The notes under the pieces are model-generated. The model made no database searches and was not told the DNA's origin. It saw only the letters and a program-made list of their open reading frames with translations. Shown here piece after piece: positions 44,660 through 53,270 of a DNA stretch of 57,861 nt; position 1 is the first letter of the stretch; every line of letters begins with the position of its first letter. Position numbers and translations under genes: made by a program. Source of the stretch: a virus (lineage: Duplodnaviria; Caudoviricetes); the IMG/VR virus record IMGVR_UViG_3300014169_000007, positions 1 through 57,861 of that record; one strand, 5' to 3'.

Positions 44660-44830
44660 TTCGTATACCCGAACAACAATTGCTTAAAACGTAATGAATT
44701 CGGGACCATATAGCCATGGTATAAGGGCCGGAGGCGTGCGAGTCGCCCATACAGTTTTTAACGATCTGTCCTCCGGCAATTCCTCTCCCTTGCAAAATAG
44801 GTGATGAATCGGGGGTTTTTAGGAGACTAA

Positions 44831-45889
44831 ATGGCTGCTCCAGCAACCCCAAATAACTTTTATGTCCAACAAGGCAATCGACAGGTATATTTGAGTTGGG
44901 ATATATCAACTGGTGCTACCTCATATCTTATTCAACGAAGTACAGATGGCGTTAACTTTACGGCTTTGGCAACTTCTTTACTTAATAACTATTTAGATAT
45001 AACTGTAAGTGTTGGAATTGAATACTTTTATCAAGTAGCTGCATCCAATGGAACCATTAGTCCTTATACTACACCGCAATCTATAATCCCTACACCAACT
45101 GCGGAGATGAGTTTAGGTCAATTACGACTCATGTCACAGCAGCGAGCAGATCGAGTTGGATCTAATTTTGTTACTTTACCTGAGTGGAATAGCTTCATCA
45201 ATCAAGCCATGTTTGAGTTATATGATCTATTAGTAACTGCCGATGAAGAATACTTCATTGCTACACCGGCTCAATGGCCATCACAACCTAATAACAATAA
45301 TCAAACTTATTTATACCCTCTACCAGACGGCGTAACTCCCTTTGTTAATGGTATTAATGGAACGCCAGGCTATATAGCTCCTGCGTATTATAAGATGAAA
45401 GGTGTAGATCTATCTCTTAATACTGCAAATAATGCTTGGGTTACAATCAATAAATTCAATTTCATGGATAGAAATAAGTTCGTTTATCCCAACACAGCTT
45501 CCACCATATACGGTGTGTTTAATCTACAATATAGAGTAATGGGCAATAATATTGAATTAATTCCAACACCATCTGCTGGCCAAAATTTACGGATTTGGTA
45601 TATCCCCCGCTTGACCCAGTTGTTACAAGACACAGACTTAACTTCAACGGGTATATCGGGATGGAATCAATATATCATTATCAGAGCTGCTAAGTATGCT
45701 TTAGATAAAGAAGAATCTGATACAACGAAATTAGACCAAGAACTCGTATTCCTTAAACAACGTATCGAAGAAACCGCAGATAATCGAGATATGGGTCAAC
45801 CTGATCGAGTTACGGACATACGACAAAACGGTCAATGGGGTTCGATGAATGGTGGATACGGCAACGGCGGTCCAATAGGTGGTTATTAG
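44831..45889 (+). CDS. Head-tail adaptor (tail tubular A-like) with N-terminal FN3-like domain
   Basis: APATP..F...V.LSW...GATSY.IQRS...YFYQVAA FN3 pattern, followed by L.QLR...RAD...W..FIN helical adaptor-like segment; position before the nozzle. Confidence 0.6.
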   Translation: MAAPATPNNFYVQQGNRQVYLSWDISTGATSYLIQRSTDGVNFTALATSLLNNYLDITVSVGIEYFYQVAASNGTISPYTTPQSIIPTPTAEMSLGQLRLMSQQRADRVGSNFVTLPEWNSFINQAMFELYDLLVTADEEYFIATPAQWPSQPNNNNQTYLYPLPDGVTPFVNGINGTPGYIAPAYYKMKGVDLSLNTANNAWVTINKFNFMDRNKFVYPNTASTIYGVFNLQYRVMGNNIELIPTPSAGQNLRIWYIPRLTQLLQDTDLTSTGISGWNQYIIIRAAKYALDKEESDTTKLDQELVFLKQRIEETADNRDMGQPDRVTDIRQNGQWGSMNGGYGNGGPIGGY

Positions 45890-45890
45890 T

Positions 45891-46064
45891 ATGAAGAATA
45901 TCTTAGCTATAGTTTTATTAGTATATTTAACAAGTGTAGCAATGGCAACTGGTTATCTTGTCGGACATAATAATGGTTATGAAATCGGTAAACGAGTCGG
46001 ACAGGTAGAAGCATTGATGCAGAGTAGTGGTTCTTGTTTTTTGCATAATGGAAAGAGGGAGTAA
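45891..46064 (+). CDS. Small membrane protein
   Basis: MKNILAIVLLVYLTSVAMATGY... Confidence 0.45.
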   Translation: MKNILAIVLLVYLTSVAMATGYLVGHNNGYEIGKRVGQVEALMQSSGSCFLHNGKRE

Positions 46065-46363
46065 TGGCACTTCCTATATTCCAACAGCAATCTAATCAAC
46101 CTTTTATGTTAATGCAAAGTCAATGGGCATCGCAGTTGAATCCTATTATTAAGAATCCTCTGACTAATCCAACAATTCTTTCGAATATTTCGTTGGTATC
46201 AGGAACTAACGTTATTAATCACAGGTTAGGGACAACTCCTACTGGGTGGCTTCTAATAGACATTAACGCAGCAGCTACAATATATAGGTCTCAACCGTTT
46301 AATTCTACGACTTTAACCCTAACAAGTTCAGCACCATGCGTGGTGTCATTGGCGGTATTCTAA
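46064..46363 (+). CDS. Small tail-associated protein
   Basis: GAGGGAG SD; G...INH.LG..P.GW motif common in fibre modules. Confidence 0.55.
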   Translation: MALPIFQQQSNQPFMLMQSQWASQLNPIIKNPLTNPTILSNISLVSGTNVINHRLGTTPTGWLLIDINAAATIYRSQPFNSTTLTLTSSAPCVVSLAVF

Positions 46364-46364
46364 T

Positions 46365-47492
46365 ATGGCAACTACCACTATTTCTCCTAATATGTTATTA
46401 CCTGTTCCTGTTGTGGGTGTTGACAGCGGTCCGGATTACGCAACGCAAGTCAACAACTCGTTAAATATCATAGATTCTCACAACCATAGTTTAAATAGCG
46501 GGGTTCAAATTACCCCCAGCGGACTGAATATTAATAGTGATTTAAGTATTCAAGGACATAACTTAACAAGCGCCAATTCACTTAATTTTATAAATCTAAC
46601 TTCAACACCAACACTTGCGGTTGGTAGTTTGTATGAGTTAAATAATAACCTCTATTGGTATAGCGGTGGATCGTTAACTGTACAAATGACTAACGGTGGA
46701 TCGTTAAATGTTACTTCTTCCGGAATCTCTAGCGGAACAGCAACGGCTTCATTTGTTGGTGGGGTATTAGTTGTTAATGAGGCATCTAATACGCCGGCAA
46801 ATATTCAAGCTGGTTCCATTTTATTTGGAAATAATATCTCCGGGTCTAACTTCATTACCTTAGAGCCCCCAAGTGCTTTAGCTTCAAGTTACACCTTAAC
46901 TTTACCCGCTTTTAATAGTTCTGGAAATACCCAAGTAATGGTATTAGATACTTCTGGTAATATGGGTAGTGTTAGTTATGATACAGTGGGTCAAGATATG
47001 ACTTCTGTTGGAGCTAATGCTATAGCTAGTACCCGCACTCGAGCTGTTGGATCTACGGTTGCCGCAGGAGGTGTAGCTATTAGCGCAAGTTGTGGTAACT
47101 ATACAGTTCAAAGCAGTTTAACAGCTGTAACCAATTTGAGTGTAACACTTACTACAACTGGTCGCCCAGTTATGCTTCAATTGATTTCTGATAGTTCTGG
47201 CAATATATCCACCGTGACTAATGGGTTGCAGGCGCCAGCTGGAGCAATTTTAGAGATTGTTTTCAACAATAGTTCAACAGGAGCAATAAGTTATCAATCT
47301 TTTAACAATCAATTAAGTAATACAAGTGGCCCAATATCCGCATTAGGATTGCCGGTAAGTTCATTTACCCACATAGATACGAGTATTAGTGGGAGCGCCG
47401 GGACATATACTTACTCTGTTTCAGCTTCGTGGTCTGGGGCTGCGGCTTCTTCTTTAATTAAATATGCCAAATTAATTGCATACGAACTGTAG
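46365..47492 (+). CDS. Tail fibre/needle-like protein
   Basis: TPNM.LP.P-like start and NN.L..ID.HNH...G..I head-binding-like N-terminus; S/T/N-rich. Confidence 0.55.
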   Translation: MATTTISPNMLLPVPVVGVDSGPDYATQVNNSLNIIDSHNHSLNSGVQITPSGLNINSDLSIQGHNLTSANSLNFINLTSTPTLAVGSLYELNNNLYWYSGGSLTVQMTNGGSLNVTSSGISSGTATASFVGGVLVVNEASNTPANIQAGSILFGNNISGSNFITLEPPSALASSYTLTLPAFNSSGNTQVMVLDTSGNMGSVSYDTVGQDMTSVGANAIASTRTRAVGSTVAAGGVAISASCGNYTVQSSLTAVTNLSVTLTTTGRPVMLQLISDSSGNISTVTNGLQAPAGAILEIVFNNSSTGAISYQSFNNQLSNTSGPISALGLPVSSFTHIDTSISGSAGTYTYSVSASWSGAAASSLIKYAKLIAYEL

Positions 47493-47497
47493 GATTC

Positions 47498-50400
47498 ATG
47501 TTGAATAAACAAGCCATAGACATAAGCTTTGCTCAAGGTCTTGATACAAAGACTGATCCGTTTAGGGTTCAACCTGGCAAATTCTTGTCATTGCAAAACT
47601 CTGTATTTGACAAAGGAGGTCAGTTAAAGAAACGTAATGGTTTTGGTGCGTTAACGCCCCTACCTACGCAAACACCTTCTTATTTGACGACATTTAATGG
47701 AGATTTAACCGCTTTAGGTACAACTTTAGAATCGTATTCAACTGGAAGTTCTAGTTGGGTTAATAAAGGATCAATCCTACCATGTGACCTAACCACATTA
47801 CCCGCAGTACGAAGTGGTACTTACCAAGGGCAAGCAGATTCGGTAACAGCTACAAACGGCATAGCTTGTGTAGCATATACAGATTATTTACCATCTGGGG
47901 GTTCCGTCACTCCAGCATATAAATATGTAATTTTAGATGCTACAACGGGCCAAAACATTGTAGCCCCGACTTTATTATCCAATGCCGATCCAACGTATGG
48001 AACCCCCCGAGTATTCTTAATGGGTCCCTATTTTATTATACTCTATACAACCCTTGTCGGCGGTGCGCATCACTTATCATACATTGCTATTAGTACACAA
48101 ACCCCCACTTATGTCAGTGCCGTTACAGATATTTCCAATGGTTATTCTCCTTCTACTACGGTTGCTTTTGATGGCATAGTAGCTAACAGCAATCTTTATA
48201 TAGCGTATAATAACCTTTCTGGTGGTCAATCCGTTAAAGTTACATATTTGTCCCAATCTCTAACATTGGGACCGACAGTTACGTTTTCGGGACAGATTGG
48301 GACAATATTTAGTTTAGCAGTAGATGAAACTAATCCAACTAATCCACTCATTTATGTATCGTATTATAACTTAGGAACAACAACAGGCTATACATTTGCA
48401 GTTTATAGCACATTAGTACAAGCCTTGGCACCAACAGCAACAATCACTAGTGGTACTATACTAAACTTAACATCTATAGCACAAGGCGGCGGTGCGAATA
48501 GTATATGTACACTATTTTATGAAGTAGCCAATAATTATTCATATGATAGCTCAATACCAACCCATTATATTGATACTAATACATTAACTATAACAGGGAC
48601 TTTAGGAACTCCAAAAGTATTAAAACGTTCTGTAGGCTTAGCTTCTAAAGCATTTATATATAACTCTGAACCCTATGTTTTATCTATATACGAATCACCA
48701 TATCAACCAACATACTTTCTATTAAATGCAAGCGGTGTAATTATAAGTAAATTAGCTTATTCTAATGGGGGCAATTATTACACCTTAGGATTACCCAACA
48801 CTAGTGTCGATACTAACACAAATGAAATAACAATTTCATATTTATATAAAGATTCAATAACTGCATTAAATACTCAGGGTAATAGCATTCAAAGTGTAAG
48901 TGGTGGCATCTATGCTCAACTAGGGATTAACTTAGTAACATTTAACTTTGCCCCACCAACAGTGGTAACAGCTGAAATAGGTAATAATCTAAACTATACT
49001 GGTGGATACCTCTCCATGTATGATGGTGTTGCCCCTGTCGAGCAAGGCTTCTTCTTATGGCCAGACAGCGTTGAAGCAGCGTGGAGTGCAACTGGGGGGG
49101 CTATGGGTCCCCAACCAGATAATACCACCAATACGAATGCCTATTATTATCAAGTGACATATGAATGGACTGATAATCAAGGTAACCTATTCCGAAGTGC
49201 CCCCTCAATTCCTGTCGGAGTAACAACTACGGGAACCGGTGAAACCGGAACTGGATCTGTGACATTGCAGATCCCTACATTAAGATTAACTTATAAAACC
49301 AATGTTTCTATAGTAATTTACCGTTGGTCGGCTAAATTTCAGAATTATTATCAAACAACTTCTATTACTGCACCTATCTTAAATAATACATCAGTTGATT
49401 CAATAACTTATATAGACACTTTGAATGATTCGTCAATTCAAGGTAATAACTTGATATATACTACAGGCGGAGTGTTAGAAGATGTTGCACCCCCAGCAAC
49501 CGACTTGATTACATTATTTAACAATCGTGTATGGTTATTAGATGCTGAAGATAGAAACTTATTATGGTTCTCTAAACAGGTCATTGAGGCCACGCCAGTA
49601 GAATTCTCAGACCTATTAACGTTGTATGTAGCTCCAACAACAGCATCGGAAGGTTCAACAGGTCCCATTACAGCAATGGCACCCATGGACGATAAGCTTG
49701 TTGTTTTTAAACAGAATGCATTAGGGTATATTAATGGTATAGGACCAGATAATACCGGATCTAATAGTCAATATTCAGATTTTACATTAATCAATTCAGT
49801 TGTTGGTTGTACAAATCAACAATCTATAGTTTTTATGCCACAAGGCCTTATGTTTCAATCAAACAAAGGTATATGGCTAGTTGGACGGGACCTATCAACA
49901 CAATACATAGGGGCTCCAGTTGAAAGCCTAACGACTGGAGCTACCGTATTGTCCGCTGTAAACGTACCAGCAACGAACCAAGTAAGGTTTACTTTAGATA
50001 GTGGCATAACCCTAATATATGATTATTTTTACTCTCAATGGGGTACATTCACTAATCTATATGCTCAATCAAGCACAATCTATCAAGGATTACACACTTA
50101 CGTAACCAGTTTAGGGCAACTCTACCAAGAAACCGATGGTGTGTATCTGGATGGCTCGACACCAGTTACCATGAGTTTTACAACTGGATGGATTACTTTA
50201 GCTGGTGTTCAAGGCTATGAACGATTCTACCAAATGTATTTATTAGGACAATATATCTCTCCTTTTAACCTAAATGTCCAATTAGCGTATAACTATAATC
50301 CCTCACCAACTCAATCAACGATTGTATCACCAAGCCAACAGCCAGTAACGTGGGGTAGTGATCAATTGTGGGGATCTGGATCTACTTGGGGAAGTCAAGG

Positions 50401-50614
50401 CGGCGGTGGTTGGGAAGGCCAAGCCAACGTATTTGAAGCAAGAGTATTCCCCCAACAACAAAAATGTGAATCATTTCAAGTAACTGTAACTGAAGTTTAC
50501 AATTCACAATATGGTAACTATCCAGGAGCTGGTTTAACATTAACTGGCATGAATCTTATTGTAGGAACTAAACGAGGATTCAGGACATCGAAAGCCAGCC
50601 GTAACTTCGGTTAA
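47498..50614 (+). CDS. Tail nozzle / tubular B-like (beta-propeller) protein
   Basis: 1038 aa; GL.TK.DP...LQN.VF.K.G.L.KRNG N-terminus; FNNRVW, LWFSK and LVVFK propeller blades; precedes the ejection genes. Confidence 0.7.
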   Translation: MLNKQAIDISFAQGLDTKTDPFRVQPGKFLSLQNSVFDKGGQLKKRNGFGALTPLPTQTPSYLTTFNGDLTALGTTLESYSTGSSSWVNKGSILPCDLTTLPAVRSGTYQGQADSVTATNGIACVAYTDYLPSGGSVTPAYKYVILDATTGQNIVAPTLLSNADPTYGTPRVFLMGPYFIILYTTLVGGAHHLSYIAISTQTPTYVSAVTDISNGYSPSTTVAFDGIVANSNLYIAYNNLSGGQSVKVTYLSQSLTLGPTVTFSGQIGTIFSLAVDETNPTNPLIYVSYYNLGTTTGYTFAVYSTLVQALAPTATITSGTILNLTSIAQGGGANSICTLFYEVANNYSYDSSIPTHYIDTNTLTITGTLGTPKVLKRSVGLASKAFIYNSEPYVLSIYESPYQPTYFLLNASGVIISKLAYSNGGNYYTLGLPNTSVDTNTNEITISYLYKDSITALNTQGNSIQSVSGGIYAQLGINLVTFNFAPPTVVTAEIGNNLNYTGGYLSMYDGVAPVEQGFFLWPDSVEAAWSATGGAMGPQPDNTTNTNAYYYQVTYEWTDNQGNLFRSAPSIPVGVTTTGTGETGTGSVTLQIPTLRLTYKTNVSIVIYRWSAKFQNYYQTTSITAPILNNTSVDSITYIDTLNDSSIQGNNLIYTTGGVLEDVAPPATDLITLFNNRVWLLDAEDRNLLWFSKQVIEATPVEFSDLLTLYVAPTTASEGSTGPITAMAPMDDKLVVFKQNALGYINGIGPDNTGSNSQYSDFTLINSVVGCTNQQSIVFMPQGLMFQSNKGIWLVGRDLSTQYIGAPVESLTTGATVLSAVNVPATNQVRFTLDSGITLIYDYFYSQWGTFTNLYAQSSTIYQGLHTYVTSLGQLYQETDGVYLDGSTPVTMSFTTGWITLAGVQGYERFYQMYLLGQYISPFNLNVQLAYNYNPSPTQSTIVSPSQQPVTWGSDQLWGSGSTWGSQGGGGWEGQANVFEARVFPQQQKCESFQVTVTEVYNSQYGNYPGAGLTLTGMNLIVGTKRGFRTSKASRNFG

Positions 50615-50668
50615 TAACATAATATGGTATACACTGTTATTAACCATATACCATAATAACACCCAAAC

Positions 50669-50697
50669 TTGACACAAATTCAAAATTGTGGTAATTT
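50669..50697 (+). promoter_or_regulatory. Sigma70 promoter of a small inserted cassette
   Basis: TTGACA-17-TAATTT (TGn-extended). Confidence 0.55.
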
Positions 50698-50706
50698 TAG
50701 GTTATT

Positions 50707-50844
50707 ATGACGGATGTAAATCTAAAATTTCAATTAGCTTTAACTTACCCTCAATGGATTAGGTATCTTGATGATGATGTTCAGGTCGAACGTTTATTAG
50801 ATTATCTATTGGATGTACGTTCAGAAACATACATGCCATGTTAG
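50707..50844 (+). CDS. Small protein (45 aa, absent from the ORF track)
   Basis: MTDVNLKFQLALTYPQWIRYLDDD...; starts about 3 nt after the predicted +1. Confidence 0.5.
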   Translation: MTDVNLKFQLALTYPQWIRYLDDDVQVERLLDYLLDVRSETYMPC

Positions 50845-50854
50845 AGGAGATTAT

Positions 50855-51163
50855 ATGAAATATATAATAATTATTTTATTATTATTAACCTCCTGCGGTC
50901 AATCTTTAAACCTAACGAATTGTACAACTGCGGTAAATTCCTATACTAATGAATTGGATGGATTGCAAATAGGGGTAGCCACTTTAAACGCGGTACAATC
51001 CATTTTAGGACCTTACGGTTATTCACCTCCGTCTGATGCACCCCATTATACTTTTTCAGTAGCAGATAAAAATAATAATATATGTGGAGAATTTCAAGTG
51101 TATATGAACGCACAAGGAACACTAAACTCATTTAATTTCATTCAAACGACAAAATGGGAATAA
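50855..51163 (+). CDS. Lipoprotein
   Basis: GAGGAG SD; MKYIIIILLLLTSC lipobox; G.T...V..ILGP segment reminiscent of BamE/BLIP-like folds. Confidence 0.65.
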   Translation: MKYIIIILLLLTSCGQSLNLTNCTTAVNSYTNELDGLQIGVATLNAVQSILGPYGYSPPSDAPHYTFSVADKNNNICGEFQVYMNAQGTLNSFNFIQTTKWE

Positions 51164-51573
51164 CTATGACAATGACATTTACTAATACCAAGAATGCCCA
51201 GATACTACTACAAAAACTACTTATCGCGCGTGGAATGGACCCAAATTTAACAAATGACCTACCTGTTGTAGGGAGAGTAGTAGTTGAAGACGATATTGTC
51301 ATTGCTGCAGGCTTTATGCGCGATATGGAAGGTCCCTATGCAATGCTCGACTCATACATCACTAATCCAGAAGCTTCACCAATCCAAAGACACAAAGCAT
51401 TAAACTTGATTACAGAATCCCTAATCAAGGTTTCAAAATCCCTTGGTAAGAATAAATTAATCATGTTTAGTCAAGATCGCAATACCCACCAAAGAGCTTT
51501 AATGCACGGATTCACCAACTTCCCAGATATGTTCACAGCAATACTTGATTTAACAAAAACACCCAGTAAGTAG
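51154..51573 (+). CDS. GNAT-like protein (position of T7 gp13-like genes)
   Basis: VIAAGF...AMLDSYITNP pattern; lies between nozzle and ejection genes. Confidence 0.45.
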   Translation: MGITMTMTFTNTKNAQILLQKLLIARGMDPNLTNDLPVVGRVVVEDDIVIAAGFMRDMEGPYAMLDSYITNPEASPIQRHKALNLITESLIKVSKSLGKNKLIMFSQDRNTHQRALMHGFTNFPDMFTAILDLTKTPSK

Positions 51574-51809
51574 ATTTGGGTGTAAATCTTAAGTAATAGT
51601 TTAGAAATATGTCTAAAAAACAAGTTATGCTTTATATTTAGTAACTTTAATAAACCATACGTATCTCATAATATACAAAAGAAGTAACCTGTACAATATG
51701 AGTTACAAATATAGCCTTATAAAGACATAATATAAGAATCATATCGTAAATCGCGATTTGCGATATTCAATATAAATTCCCATTAGGCAGTATTAGCAAT
51801 CTATAGACT

Positions 51810-51910
51810 TAACAACCTGACACTCCTAACAACCTGACACTCCTAACAACCTGACACTCCTAACAACCTGACACCCCGGCAAAGTTGACACCCCGGCAAA
51901 GTTGACTCCC
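51810..51910 (+). repeat. Non-coding 17-bp tandem array (iteron-like)
   Basis: TAACAACCTGACACTCC x3 plus a partial fourth merging into GACACCCCGGCAAAGTT x2; TGAC recurs at 51818, 51835, 51852, 51869, 51886 and 51903. Confidence 0.92.
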
Positions 51911-52075
51911 TGTAGACAGGTTTTTGAGCACAAATCGGGCCAATCCGCGAATTTTGAGGGGTGAAATAGGCCCCTATTTGCGTTTAGATGGTGTATAAGT
52001 CTACAAATTGACAATAATTACATAGATTTACAAGGTCACAGGTGTCAACTCGGCAGGTTGGCGAGATTGGCAGGG

Positions 52076-52094
52076 GGTCATTCCGCTAAGAATA
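52076..52094 (+). promoter_or_regulatory. Putative late promoter (copy 4)
   Basis: GGTCATTCCGCTAAGAATA, upstream of the ejection genes. Confidence 0.7.
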
Positions 52095-52157
52095 GAGACA
52101 CATAACGTGCCTTTAGTCGTTAGTTGATGGTACAAACTACGCATTCTAGGAGATACT

Positions 52158-53267
52158 ATGCCCTTTTTAGCACCTTTAATACCGGCGATTGCTGGTGGGA
52201 TCGCATCTGCCGCAGCCGGTGCCGGTATAAATGCACTTTCAAAAGGGGCACAATCTAACCCCGCTGCTAATCAAGTCAACTTAGATAGCGCCAACTTGGC
52301 AGCTGCGCAGGGGGGGCAAGGGCAATTGGCATCACAATTGCAGGGAGCCGGGGGGGTTGGTAATGAATCCTCAGTATATAATCAACAACAAGCGCTAGCG
52401 AATCAACTCGGTGCTATGGCACAAGGGCAGGGACCAACACCAGCGCTAAATCAACTTAATCAAGCTACAGGCGCCAATGTCAATCAACAAGCGGCATTGA
52501 TGGCTGGACAGCGTGGAGCTGGTGCAAATGCTGGCTTAATGGCGAGACAAGCAGCTCAACAAGGAGCTAACACTCAGCAGCAGTCAGTTGGACAGGCAGC
52601 AACATTGCAGGCTCAACAACAATTAGGGTCTATTAGCGCATTACAGGCTCAACAAGGCAATATGGCAGCGTTGGCAGGGACGCAGGTAGGCCAACAACAG
52701 AATGCGATTAATAGCCAAGCACAGACAGCATTACAACAACAACAGCAACAATTGGCGCAGCAACAAGGAATTAATCAAATACAAGCTGGCCAAGGAGCTC
52801 AACAAGCTACACAGATTGGACAGATTGGCGGCGGTATTGCAAGTGGATTAGGATCCGCCGTTACTGGAGCATTAAGTGCGCCAGCTGCTGCAACCGTAGC
52901 TCCAGCATCTGCAAACTATATGAGTGGAGTTGGTACATCGTATGCTGAAGGTGGTGAGATACCGTCTCAAACAGGTTATGATGCTATAAAGAAAGAGAAT
53001 TACAAAGGTAAGTCTAAACTTGGTCAGTTGATGTACGCGTCAGGTGGCAAGGTCGATAAGATGCCTATTAACATTAAAGATGGCGGTCATGTCCCTGGTA
53101 AAGCTAAGGTTGGGGGGGCTAAAGATAGCTACTCTAACGATACTGTGCCTGCGATCCTATCCCCTGGTGAGATCGTCCTTCCAAGATCAGTTACACAATC
53201 TGCTAACCCAGCAGAAGCGGCTCATCGATTTGTCAAGGCTGTCAAAGCTAAGAAGAAAGGTAAATAG
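52158..53267 (+). CDS. DNA ejection/pilot protein
   Basis: Q/A/G-rich with hydrophobic Gly-rich segments; C-terminal GG.VPG...D...DTVPA.LSPGE.V.P domain; AGGAG SD. Confidence 0.65.
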   Translation: MPFLAPLIPAIAGGIASAAAGAGINALSKGAQSNPAANQVNLDSANLAAAQGGQGQLASQLQGAGGVGNESSVYNQQQALANQLGAMAQGQGPTPALNQLNQATGANVNQQAALMAGQRGAGANAGLMARQAAQQGANTQQQSVGQAATLQAQQQLGSISALQAQQGNMAALAGTQVGQQQNAINSQAQTALQQQQQQLAQQQGINQIQAGQGAQQATQIGQIGGGIASGLGSAVTGALSAPAAATVAPASANYMSGVGTSYAEGGEIPSQTGYDAIKKENYKGKSKLGQLMYASGGKVDKMPINIKDGGHVPGKAKVGGAKDSYSNDTVPAILSPGEIVLPRSVTQSANPAEAAHRFVKAVKAKKKGK

Positions 53268-53270
53268 TAT

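Noticed and set aside
44700-44780. tRNA gene
   Set aside because: There is a T-loop-like hairpin, but no acceptor stem, D arm or anticodon arm can be built.
51810-51910. CRISPR mini-array
   Set aside because: Units are contiguous 17-mers with no unique spacers, and there are no cas genes.
52008-52036. Sigma70 promoter for the ejection genes
   Set aside because: TTGACA is present but there is no acceptable -10 at 17 bp; the late motif at 52076 explains expression better.
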